64,000 bases of DNA from an uncultured bacterium (GTDB lineage: Bacteria > Nitrospirota > JACRHL01). Under the pieces are notes generated by a model. The model did no database searches. It was not told where the DNA came from and worked only from the letters and a program-made list of their open reading frames with translations. The stretch covers positions 2,694-66,693 of the forward strand of contig CBDUXI010000002.1 of assembly GCA_965371175.1 (NCBI GenBank), given 5' to 3'. Shown here one piece after another: positions 48,827-57,301 of this stretch. The translations under genes were made by a program, and so were the position numbers. Position 1 is the first letter of the stretch. The number at the start of each line of letters is the position of its first letter.

Positions 48827-49018
48827 ATGACAGACAAAACACCTGCCCAAAAGAGCCCCGCAGCCACGGCTGCTGACACGGCTTTCGGCGCCTGGTTGCG
48901 GCGCCATCAGACCGAAATCGGCCTGGGGCTGCTGGGGCTGTATGTGCTGTTGCTTGCCGTGGGAACAGTTGCGGAACTGTTTGATATTAAATGGATTTTA
49001 TCGTTGCCGATTTACTGA
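48827..49018 (+). CDS. small single-TM protein (63 aa)
   Basis: GGGAG RBS. Hydrophobic helix 'IGLGLLGLYVLLLAVGTV'. Confidence 0.35.
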   Translation: MTDKTPAQKSPAATAADTAFGAWLRRHQTEIGLGLLGLYVLLLAVGTVAELFDIKWILSLPIY

Positions 49019-49022
49019 CTCC

Positions 49023-49196
49023 ATGAGCGTGCTCATGGATGTTTCCGGACTTGTCGATCCGGCGGGGCCGGGCACGACTGCGGCGGCAGGCCGGGTCGAT
49101 CCGCTATTGTGGGCGGGCGCTGTCTTTTTGGTGGGCATGGTGTTGCTGCTGGTGCGGGTGTTGTCAAAAAGGGGGGGTGCGGGTCGCCGGAGGTAG
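49023..49196 (+). CDS. small single-TM protein (57 aa)
   Basis: The ATG lies 5 nt after the previous stop. Helix 'LLWAGAVFLVGMVLLLV'. Same architecture as the preceding ORF. Confidence 0.3.
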   Translation: MSVLMDVSGLVDPAGPGTTAAAGRVDPLLWAGAVFLVGMVLLLVRVLSKRGGAGRRR

Positions 49197-49230
49197 CGCC
49201 CGGTGCTCAGGGCTGTTAAAAGAGGTCGCG

Positions 49231-49911
49231 ATGGACGACGGAATCGGGCGGGTGCTGGCCCTGCTTCTGGGCGGGGATGTCACCTTGTACCGCATTGTGG
49301 GCCGCTCCCTGTTTATCACCGGGTCGGCGGTACTGCTGGCCGGGGCGGTGGCCCTGCCGGTCGGTTACCTGCTGGCCCATGCGCGCTTTCCCGGACGTAA
49401 CGCGGCGGTAACCGTCATCCACACGTTGACGGCGGTGCCCACCGTGGTGGTGGGGCTGCTGCTGTTCGGACTGCTGTCCCGCAGCGGTCCCTTAGGGGGG
49501 CTGGAATGGCTGTATACCCCGTATGCCCTGATTGCAGGACAGGCGGTGCTGGCCTTTCCGATCGTGGCCACCCTGACCCGCACGGCCATTGCCTCGCTGG
49601 ACGAGCGGGTGCTGGTGACGGCACGTTCTCTGGGAGCGGGGCCGGTGCGAGCGGGCTTTACGTTGATGTCCGAGGCGCGGCTGGCGGTGGCCGCAGCGGT
49701 GATTACCGGCTTTGGCCGGGTGGTGGGAGAGGTGGGATGCGCCATGATGGTGGGCGGTAATATCGAGGGATACACGCGCACCATGAGTACCGCCATTGCG
49801 CTGGAGAGCGGGCGCGGGGAGTTTGCCTTTGGCGTGGGCCTGGGGCTGGTGCTGGTCTCCGTGGCGCTGGTGGTTAATCTGATCTTGCAACAGGTGCAGG
49901 GAAAGGTATGA
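49231..49911 (+). CDS. ABC importer permease, BPD-type (TupB/ModB-like)
   Basis: EAA-like loop 'VTARSLGAGP' and 'MMVGGNIEGYTRTMSTAIALE'. Start adjusted to ATG 49231. Confidence 0.7.
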   Translation: MDDGIGRVLALLLGGDVTLYRIVGRSLFITGSAVLLAGAVALPVGYLLAHARFPGRNAAVTVIHTLTAVPTVVVGLLLFGLLSRSGPLGGLEWLYTPYALIAGQAVLAFPIVATLTRTAIASLDERVLVTARSLGAGPVRAGFTLMSEARLAVAAAVITGFGRVVGEVGCAMMVGGNIEGYTRTMSTAIALESGRGEFAFGVGLGLVLVSVALVVNLILQQVQGKV

Positions 49912-50564
49912 AGCCTGTATTTACCATCTGGAACCTGCGCCATGAAAAAGGCGGCCGACAGGTGCTCGCCATTCCCCGGTTAACGCTGGGAGCCCCCGGA
50001 CTTGCCGCCGTGGTGGGCGATAACGGGGCGGGAAAAACGACATTTCTCAGACTACTGACCGGGTGGCTGGAGACCCCCACGGCGGGAACGGTGAACTGTT
50101 CCGTGCCGCCGTTTTCCATTGTGCTGGTGGAGCAGTCGCCGTACATGTTTTCCACAAGCGTGGCGGGAAACGTGGGGTACGGCCTGAAAGTACGGGGCAT
50201 CTCCCGGTCCAGACGGGGTCCGCTGGTTGCTGAGGCGCTGGCCGAAGTGGGGCTGGCGGGGTACGGTTCCCGCCCGGCCAGGGAGCTTTCCGGCGGGGAG
50301 CAGCGGCGGGTGGCCACTGCCCGGGCGCTGGCGGTGAACCCCGACGTGCTGTTGCTGGACGAACCCGATGCAGGCCTGGATCAGAGGGCGGTGCGCACAC
50401 TGGAAAGCCTGATTCTTGCCTTGGGAAAAAACCGCCTGGTGATTTTTTCCACCCACAACAGGGTGTGGGCGGACCGACTGGCGGATCGGGTGATCCATCT
50501 GGATCGGGGCCGTCTGGTGGAGGATGAAGAATCGGTCCGCACCGACGCGGCAACCGGCAGGTAG
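49908..50564 (+). CDS. ABC transporter ATP-binding protein (short, TupC-like)
   Basis: Walker A 'GDNGAGKTT', signature 'LSGGEQRRV' and Walker B 'LLLDEPDAGLD'. Overlaps the permease by 4 nt. Confidence 0.75.
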   Translation: MKPVFTIWNLRHEKGGRQVLAIPRLTLGAPGLAAVVGDNGAGKTTFLRLLTGWLETPTAGTVNCSVPPFSIVLVEQSPYMFSTSVAGNVGYGLKVRGISRSRRGPLVAEALAEVGLAGYGSRPARELSGGEQRRVATARALAVNPDVLLLDEPDAGLDQRAVRTLESLILALGKNRLVIFSTHNRVWADRLADRVIHLDRGRLVEDEESVRTDAATGR

Positions 50565-50756
50565 TGCACGCGCAAAAAACTGTGGTTGCCCGGCTTATGG
50601 TTGATGTTCCGGTTGCCGAGAAGATAGCAGCCGGTTTTTATACGAAGTTGTTGAATCGGAAAGACAAATGTGCTTGTCTAAGGAACCTGAAATCAGGTTT
50701 TTCGGCAAGTGTGGCCGGTGACTATCGCTAACGATAGAGAGGGTTTGACGAGCAAC

Positions 50757-51239
50757 ATGGCGGATCAGCCGGACAAAGTACGGGTACGGGTCAACTTTAG
50801 CGGCAAGCGCTATGTTGGCCATGTGCATCTGCCGGCTCCCGGCGTGCGCATCACCGACGTACTCAATAACGGCAAGTTGTTTTTGCATCTGGAAAACGTC
50901 CAGACCACCGACGAAAAAGAGCTGGGCGGCACCCTGGGCATGAACAAGGGCGGCATTACCTTCGTGCAGGTGATCGAGGAGGGGGACAACGATGAGCACA
51001 AGGTGGCGGCCGGAGAGTTCCTGCACGTAGAGATCACCATGCGCGGCATGGATCAGGCCATCCGGGGGGGCATCTTTATTCCCGAAGGCACCGCCGACGC
51101 GGGCGATATCATCAACGACAATCGCGACTTTCTTTCCCTGAACGAGGTGGAGGTGGTCGGCACCAGTGAAACCTACCCGTTTCTGGCCGTCTCCAAACAG
51201 CAGTGCATTTCGATTCTGTGGCGCTACTTCGCCTGGTAG
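50757..51239 (+). CDS. hypothetical protein with internal two-fold sequence repeat
   Basis: Two halves with the same pattern (...GHVHLPAPGVRITDVLNNGKLFLHLENVQ / ...GGIFIPEGTADAGDIINDNRDFLSLNEVEV). ATG 50757 with a GAGAGGG RBS. Confidence 0.45.
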   Translation: MADQPDKVRVRVNFSGKRYVGHVHLPAPGVRITDVLNNGKLFLHLENVQTTDEKELGGTLGMNKGGITFVQVIEEGDNDEHKVAAGEFLHVEITMRGMDQAIRGGIFIPEGTADAGDIINDNRDFLSLNEVEVVGTSETYPFLAVSKQQCISILWRYFAW

Positions 51240-51346
51240 CACACCGCAACTTCCCCACAACTTACGTCGCCCGCCTGTCTTACCTTGGGTACAATGGTGT
51301 CGATCGGCGTTTTTTCCATCTCCGTTTTTAACGATCAGGGCACCGC

Positions 51347-51994
51347 ATGATTCTGCGCCAGATACCGGTGGGCGACATCGGCAATTTCAATTATCTGATT
51401 GGTGATCCGGCCACAAAAACAGCCGCCCTGGTGGACCCGGCGTGGGAGCCGGAAAAGCTGCTGGGTATCGCCTCTGAACTGGGGCTGACCGTTACCCACA
51501 TTCTCATTACCCACTGCCATCAGGATCACGTGCAGGCCAACGGCAAGGTCAAGGACGCCACCGGGGCAAAGATTTACGCGCAGCGGGAAGAGTTCATGTA
51601 CCTGAAGCATTTTTTGCCCCCCGCGGGCGATGTGGCCATGGAGGATGGCGACGAGGTGGCCGTGGGCGATCTCACCATCAAATGGCTGCACACGCCGGGA
51701 CACTCTCCCGGCAGTTCCTGCCTGTGGGTGGAGGACGCCCTGATCACCGCCGACACCCTGTTTGTAAACAGCATCGGCCGCACCGATTTTCCCGGCTCCG
51801 ATCCAGAGCAGATGTACGCCAGTATCTGCCGCCTGAAAAAGCTGCCGGACCACCTGACGGTCTATCCGGGGCACGATTACGGCCCCACTCCCACGACCAC
51901 CATCGGCGATCAGAAAAGGGATAATCCGTACTGGCAGGCCGACTCCCTGAAAGCGTTTCTCGCCCTCACCCAACCCGACAACGACATCATGTGA
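51347..51994 (+). CDS. MBL-fold metallo-hydrolase (glyoxalase II-like)
   Basis: 'HILITHCHQDH' (HxHxDH) and a downstream 'HTPGHSPG'. Confidence 0.8.
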   Translation: MILRQIPVGDIGNFNYLIGDPATKTAALVDPAWEPEKLLGIASELGLTVTHILITHCHQDHVQANGKVKDATGAKIYAQREEFMYLKHFLPPAGDVAMEDGDEVAVGDLTIKWLHTPGHSPGSSCLWVEDALITADTLFVNSIGRTDFPGSDPEQMYASICRLKKLPDHLTVYPGHDYGPTPTTTIGDQKRDNPYWQADSLKAFLALTQPDNDIM

Positions 51995-52058
51995 CTGGCC
52001 ACTTCCCGCGGCAATTTAACGGCTGAAAAAACCGCCCGCACCTGCTACGATCCGCACC

Positions 52059-54320
52059 ATGTCGCAGGGTGCCCAAAGACAACCGAATGCCAGGGTGAAA
52101 GCCGAGCCGCAAGCCGCCCCGGAACTGGTGGAAGTCGCCGTGGTCAAAGGGCCGCCGCAGATTCTGACCTACCGGGCAAGCGGCCCGCCACCGCCGTTGG
52201 GCAGCCGGGTGCGGGTGCCGCTGGGGCGGCGGATGGCCATCGGTTTTGTGGTGGGGCACCCCACGGCGCCCCCGGTGGGCGTAAAGACGCTGAAAAGCGC
52301 TTCGGCCCCCATTGATGCAACCACCCCGCTCACCCCGGAGGTGATGGCCCTCACCCGGCGGGTGGCCGACTACTACATGGCCTCTGTCGGGGCGGTACTG
52401 GCCGCCGCCCTGCCGCCGGTAAAAAAAGGCGGCCCGGCCCGTGCCAGACAGGTGCGGGTGGCGTCCTTGACGGTGCCTGCGTCCGTGGCCACGGAACTTG
52501 CCGAATCGCTGCACGCGCGCGCCCCGCGTCAGGCGGAGGCGCTTTTGGCACTGGTGCGGGAGGGAGAGGTGTCCACCCACCGGTTGCCCGCAGGGACCGC
52601 TGCCCGGCTGGTGGCAAAGGGGGTGGTGGCACTGTCGTATCGGGAATCCAGGCGGACGCCGCTGGCGAACCGGCAAGCGGCCAGTGACGAGCCGGGGCTT
52701 GAGTTGACCCCGGCGCAGACTGCCGCCGTGACGGAAATCACCGGCACACTCGGCACGTTCGCCCCGTTTTTGCTGCACGGCGTGACCGGGTCGGGCAAGA
52801 CCGAGGTCTATTTGCAGGCGGCGGAAGTGGCCATCGCCAAAGGCGGGCAGGTGCTGCTGCTGACTCCGGAGATTGCCCTGGCCTCGCACCTGACCGTGGC
52901 CGCCCGCGCCCGCTTTGGCGACCGGGTGGCGCTGTTGCACTCGGCCCTGTCCGACGGGGAGCGGCGCGACGAGTGGGAGCGGGTGCGAACAGGCGATGCC
53001 GTGGACCTGGTCATCGGTACCCGCTCGGCGGTGTTTGCGCCCCTCACCCGTCTGGCCCTGATCGTGGTGGACGAGGAACACGACGGGGCGTACAAGCAAG
53101 GGGAGACCCCCCGTTATCACGCCCGGGACGTGGCCGTGATGCGGGCGCAGATGGCGGAGGTACCGGTGGTGCTGGGGTCGGCCACTCCGGCGCTGGAGAC
53201 CCACACCCACGCCTGCGCCGGCGACTATCGATATCTGACGTTGCCGGACCGGGTGGCGGCCCGGGTGCTGCCGTCGGTGGAGGTGGTGGATTTAACCGAG
53301 GTGCGCCCGGTGCTCACGGGCGGAGTCATCACCCAGCCGCTTCTGGATCGCCTCAAGGCCACGCTGGAACGCGGCGAGCAGGCCCTGCTGTTTTTGAACC
53401 GGCGGGGGTTTTCGCCGCTGCTTTTGTGCTCCGCCTGCGGCCATACGTGGGCATGTCGCCACTGCAAGGTATCGCTCACCTATCACCGGGAATCGCGCAC
53501 CCTGGCCTGCCACTACTGCAACGGTCGCTGGCCGGTGCCGGATGCCTGCGATGACTGCGGGGAGCGGCGCATCAAGCCGATTGGTTCCGGCACCGAAGGG
53601 CTGCTTGCCGAGGTGGCCGAGTTGTTGCCGGATGCCCGCGTGGGGCGCATGGACCGGGACACCACCCGCACCAAAAACGCACATCTGAAAATCCTGGCCC
53701 AGGTGGAAGCGGGCGAGATCGACGTGCTCATCGGCACCCAGATGATCGCCAAAGGCCACAACCTGCCGGGGGTGACGCTGGTGGGGGTGGTGTGCGCCGA
53801 CCAGGGCATTCACGTGCCCGACTTTCGCGCCGGGGAAATCTGTTTTTCCCTGCTTACCCAGGTGGCGGGCCGGGCGGGCCGGGGAGGGAAAAAAGGCCGG
53901 GTGGTGCTGCAAACCTTCAACCCGGATCACCCGGCGATCCGGCATGCGGTGACCCACGACTACAAGTCGTTTGCCGAAAATGAACTGGCAATGCGTACGG
54001 CGCTGGCCTACCCCCCCGCAGGCCGGGTGGTGCGGCTGGTGTTGAGAGACCGCTCGGAAAAAAGACTGGATGCCGCCTGCCTGACGCTTTCCCGCCTGCT
54101 GGAAAAATACACATTGTCAGGCGGGGTGGAAGTGCTGGGTCCGGCCCCGCCGCCGATCAGCAAAATCCGGGATAATTATCGCCGCCACCTGCTCATCAAG
54201 GGGCCGGGGGTGGGGCCGGTGCGCCAGACGACCCACTGGCTGCTGGACCGGATTGCGAGGGCGGACGGGCTGAAAAACATCCGTGTGGATGTGGACGTGG
54301 ACCCCCAGAGTTTGTTGTAA
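52059..54320 (+). CDS. priA: primosomal protein N' (replication restart helicase PriA)
   Basis: Walker A 'GVTGSGKTEVYL', 'DEEHD' and the zinc-binding insertion 'CSACGHTWACRHC...CHYC'. Confidence 0.9.
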   Translation: MSQGAQRQPNARVKAEPQAAPELVEVAVVKGPPQILTYRASGPPPPLGSRVRVPLGRRMAIGFVVGHPTAPPVGVKTLKSASAPIDATTPLTPEVMALTRRVADYYMASVGAVLAAALPPVKKGGPARARQVRVASLTVPASVATELAESLHARAPRQAEALLALVREGEVSTHRLPAGTAARLVAKGVVALSYRESRRTPLANRQAASDEPGLELTPAQTAAVTEITGTLGTFAPFLLHGVTGSGKTEVYLQAAEVAIAKGGQVLLLTPEIALASHLTVAARARFGDRVALLHSALSDGERRDEWERVRTGDAVDLVIGTRSAVFAPLTRLALIVVDEEHDGAYKQGETPRYHARDVAVMRAQMAEVPVVLGSATPALETHTHACAGDYRYLTLPDRVAARVLPSVEVVDLTEVRPVLTGGVITQPLLDRLKATLERGEQALLFLNRRGFSPLLLCSACGHTWACRHCKVSLTYHRESRTLACHYCNGRWPVPDACDDCGERRIKPIGSGTEGLLAEVAELLPDARVGRMDRDTTRTKNAHLKILAQVEAGEIDVLIGTQMIAKGHNLPGVTLVGVVCADQGIHVPDFRAGEICFSLLTQVAGRAGRGGKKGRVVLQTFNPDHPAIRHAVTHDYKSFAENELAMRTALAYPPAGRVVRLVLRDRSEKRLDAACLTLSRLLEKYTLSGGVEVLGPAPPPISKIRDNYRRHLLIKGPGVGPVRQTTHWLLDRIARADGLKNIRVDVDVDPQSLL

Positions 54321-54343
54321 AGCAGGCGTGCGGGGAGGGCGGG

Positions 54344-55501
54344 TCAGGTCGGTTGTTGTACCAGTTTCAGCACGCCGCCTTTTTGCCCGGCCCAGATGGC
54401 GTTCCCGGCGGCCTTGATGGTGTAGACATCTTCTCCGATCAGGCCGTCCTTGCGGGTGTAGCGGCTCCAGGCGCTGCCGTCGAAGCGGGAGATGCCGTGA
54501 TTGGTGGCAAACCACATGGCGCCGTCCGCGGTCTGGGTGATGCCGTACACCACGTTGCCGGCCAGGCCGTCCTGGGTGGAGTAGTTGACGAACTCTTTGC
54601 CGTCAAAGCGGGAGATGCCGCCGCCCCAGGTGCCGATCCACAGAAAGCCCGCCGTATCTAATTGCAGCGAAAAAACATAGTTTTCGTTGTAGGTTTCCGC
54701 ACCCTTGCCGTCTTTGGTGGTCAGATTGGTGAGGTCGTGGGAATGGTCGTCGGGCGGCTCTTCGGAGGTGCCGTCGGCGCGGGTGGAGCCAAAGCCGGAC
54801 CGGGGGCTTCTGGACAGCCCGCCGGGGTTTTCGGCGCCCATGCCGTCCTGGTGCAGCCAGGTGGTCCACTGATCGTCTTTTAAACGGGACAGGCCGCCTT
54901 CGGTGCCGAACCAGACGGCCCCTTCCCGGTCGATCTGAATGGCATATACCCACGGGTTAGCCAGTCCGTCTTCGGTGTTGAGGGTGGTCCAGTTGCTACG
55001 CTCGTCCATGTCGCCGCTGATGCGGTTCACCCCGTCCCAGGTGGCCAGCCATACGGTGCCGGGCTGGAACGCCACGTCATAGATCCACAGGTCGGCCAGG
55101 CCGTGCTTGGGCAGGTAGTTGTGCATGGCGTTGTCCCGCCAGACAGACAGCCCGCCGGCGTTGGTGCCCATCCAGATCGCGCCGTCCGGCCCCCGGCGCA
55201 CCACAAAGGCATAATTGTTGCGCATGCCGTCTTTGCGGGTGAAGGTGCGCACCATGTCGCCGCTTGCGCGGTTGATCTCCAGCACGCCGGTGGAGGTGCC
55301 CACGAACAGGCGATCCCCATCCACATGCAGGCTGCGCACGTAGGCGTGGGCGCCCACCTCAAACTTTTCCACCACGGCGTATGTGGGGGCGGCGGGGGCC
55401 ACGGCGCCCGCCGTCGGCTGTTCGGACTTGCTGCACCCAACCGCTGTCATCAGGGTCAGGGCGCAGGCCATAAGCAGGGGCAGGCGGTTATATCGCCGCA
55501 T
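54344..55501 (-). CDS. lipoprotein with two-component-regulator-propeller-type beta-propeller repeats
   Basis: Lipobox 'MTAVGCS'. Repeated 'W.GT..GL...' units. Confidence 0.55.
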   Translation of the reverse strand: MRRYNRLPLLMACALTLMTAVGCSKSEQPTAGAVAPAAPTYAVVEKFEVGAHAYVRSLHVDGDRLFVGTSTGVLEINRASGDMVRTFTRKDGMRNNYAFVVRRGPDGAIWMGTNAGGLSVWRDNAMHNYLPKHGLADLWIYDVAFQPGTVWLATWDGVNRISGDMDERSNWTTLNTEDGLANPWVYAIQIDREGAVWFGTEGGLSRLKDDQWTTWLHQDGMGAENPGGLSRSPRSGFGSTRADGTSEEPPDDHSHDLTNLTTKDGKGAETYNENYVFSLQLDTAGFLWIGTWGGGISRFDGKEFVNYSTQDGLAGNVVYGITQTADGAMWFATNHGISRFDGSAWSRYTRKDGLIGEDVYTIKAAGNAIWAGQKGGVLKLVQQPT

Positions 55502-55516
55502 GGTCGGGGTTCCCGG

Positions 55517-56014
55517 TTATTTGGGTTTGGAGTGGCAGCGGGCGCAGTCGTACAGCGGAAACGCCACCTTGCCGTGACAGCGGCCGCAGAATTCGCCCTC
55601 GACGATCTTCTGCATGGTCACGTTGTTGCTGCCCGCCTGCATCTTGAAGATGCTCGGGTGGCAGTTGCGGCAGTCCAGCCATTGGGTGTGGGGCAGGTGG
55701 GGGTAGACCACGTCCGGCAGGTCGCCCTTGACCTCAAACACCACGTCGAAGTCGATGGACTTCATTTCCACCTCGCCCTCGGTGATGGAGGCAAACGGGG
55801 TAATGGTGCCGTCTTGCAGGGCCTTCACCCAGTCGACATACCCCAGCGGCGCCTTGGGCATGAACTCGAAGGCGATGGGCTGATCCCCCTCTTCGGGCGG
55901 GATGGGTATGTTGAACTCCGGTACCGGTTCCACCGCCTTGGCGGTACAGCCCGCCAGGATCAGCACGAGAAACACCGCGCCAAAAATACGTCCTGTGTGC
56001 CACCCGGTTGTCAT
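55517..56014 (-). CDS. lipoprotein with C-terminal c7-like trihaem c-type cytochrome domain
   Basis: Lipobox 'LILAGCT'. Three CxxCH motifs (CRNCH, CGRCH, CARCH) within the last roughly 55 aa. Confidence 0.7.
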   Translation of the reverse strand: MTTGWHTGRIFGAVFLVLILAGCTAKAVEPVPEFNIPIPPEEGDQPIAFEFMPKAPLGYVDWVKALQDGTITPFASITEGEVEMKSIDFDVVFEVKGDLPDVVYPHLPHTQWLDCRNCHPSIFKMQAGSNNVTMQKIVEGEFCGRCHGKVAFPLYDCARCHSKPK

Positions 56015-56577
56015 CGGGGCAGGACCACCACCCGGCCGGTCATCCGGTTATGGATAAAGCAGAAGTACGGGAATGTTCCCGGCGTATTAAAGGTGTGTGA
56101 GATTTCCCCTGCCACCAGCAGGTCCACCGGCTCGATCTCCATGGCTCCGGACGAGTCGGAGCCGGGGATGGTGGCAAACAGGTGCACGATGCCGCTGTGG
56201 TTTTTCCAGACCACGGTATCGCCCGCATAAATGGTCAGCTCCCGCGGCACGAACACATAGGCCCCTTCGGGCGCCAGCACCTCGTAGGTTTCTACCTGTA
56301 AGGGCGCGGGGGGCGCGGTCAGCGGGGTTTCGTCTTCAAAGGTAATCGGCTCTCTGGGCGGCAGCGGCGGCGCCGGCTCCGGGGTGGGCGCGACCGGTGC
56401 GGATACATCGGGCATGGGTTCGGGCGCGGCCGCCGGGGCCGTCTCTTCCTGCACCGGGGGCGGTGTCATCGGCTCGACCGGGGCGTCCCGCTTCCATTTA
56501 AAACTACACCCGCTGAGCAGCAACGTGACCACAACGGGCAGGCTCCAGAGCACAGATTTACGTATAGACCGCATCAT
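56011..56577 (-). CDS. cupredoxin (type-1 blue copper protein) lipoprotein with Pro-rich linker
   Basis: Lipobox 'LLLSGCS'. Copper ligands in 'GIVH...PYFCFIHNRMTG' (His, Cys, His, Met spacing). ATGA overlap with the downstream cytochrome gene. Confidence 0.7.
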   Translation of the reverse strand: MMRSIRKSVLWSLPVVVTLLLSGCSFKWKRDAPVEPMTPPPVQEETAPAAAPEPMPDVSAPVAPTPEPAPPLPPREPITFEDETPLTAPPAPLQVETYEVLAPEGAYVFVPRELTIYAGDTVVWKNHSGIVHLFATIPGSDSSGAMEIEPVDLLVAGEISHTFNTPGTFPYFCFIHNRMTGRVVVLPR

Positions 56578-56763
56578 AGTGAATGTTTTTGTAAGGAAAA
56601 AAGAATTTGCATATCCTCTGATAGTGCCAATCCGGTGGGCTTTCTGTCAATGGAAAGCGTATGGGGGAGCGCGTGGTGCCGGGTACGGGGTCGCCCGTGG
56701 TTTACGCCCCTGGAATGAACGCGGAAGCGGGGAAAAAGGGACAAAAACAGGGGATGAATCCGG

Positions 56764-56830
56764 TTGACCAACCCGAAAAGCGGTGCTAGATTTATATCCG
56801 ACCCTTTTGGTCGCCGACCATTTTGATCGG
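56764..56830 (+). promoter_or_regulatory. iscR promoter (TTGACC-17-TAGATT) with two tandem IscR-like imperfect palindromes (CCGACC-N5-GGTCGC, CCGACC-N5-GATCGG)
   Basis: Seen in sequence immediately upstream of the iscR GTG start. Consistent with IscR autoregulation sites. Confidence 0.45.
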
Positions 56831-56837
56831 GAGAAGC

Positions 56838-57272
56838 GTGCTCAAACTCACGAAAAAAACCGACTATGCCCTCCTGGCCATGCACCACATGGGATTTCTG
56901 ACCGAGCGGCGGCTGGTCAATGCCAAGGAAATCGCCGAGTTGTACCACATTCCCGTGGAGATGCTGGCGAAAATTCTGCAAACCCTTTGCCGGGACGGGT
57001 TGATCGTCAGCGAAAATGGCCCCAAGGGGGGCTATGCCCTGTCCCGCAAACCGGAGGAGATTTCCATCGCCGAGGTGGTGGAGGCCGTGGAGGGGCCGAT
57101 CAGCATTGCCGATTGCATGCAGGCGGCCCACGTGCCGTGCATGCAGGCGGATACATGCACGATTCGCACCCCCGTAGAACACATACAGCAGCGGATCAGC
57201 AGCCTGCTTGCGGGCATGTCGGTGGCGGAACTCCACGACATGTCGGCGGTTGCGGGTGTTGCCCTGAAATAG
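56838..57272 (+). CDS. iscR: Rrf2-family Fe-S cluster regulator IscR
   Basis: HTH 'LKLTKKTDYALLAMHHM'. Cys ligands in 'CMQAAHVPCMQADTC'. GTG start with a GGGAGAAG RBS. Confidence 0.8.
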   Translation: MLKLTKKTDYALLAMHHMGFLTERRLVNAKEIAELYHIPVEMLAKILQTLCRDGLIVSENGPKGGYALSRKPEEISIAEVVEAVEGPISIADCMQAAHVPCMQADTCTIRTPVEHIQQRISSLLAGMSVAELHDMSAVAGVALK

Positions 57273-57301
57273 ATAAAAAAACGCGTAAGGTCATAAAAAA
57301 T

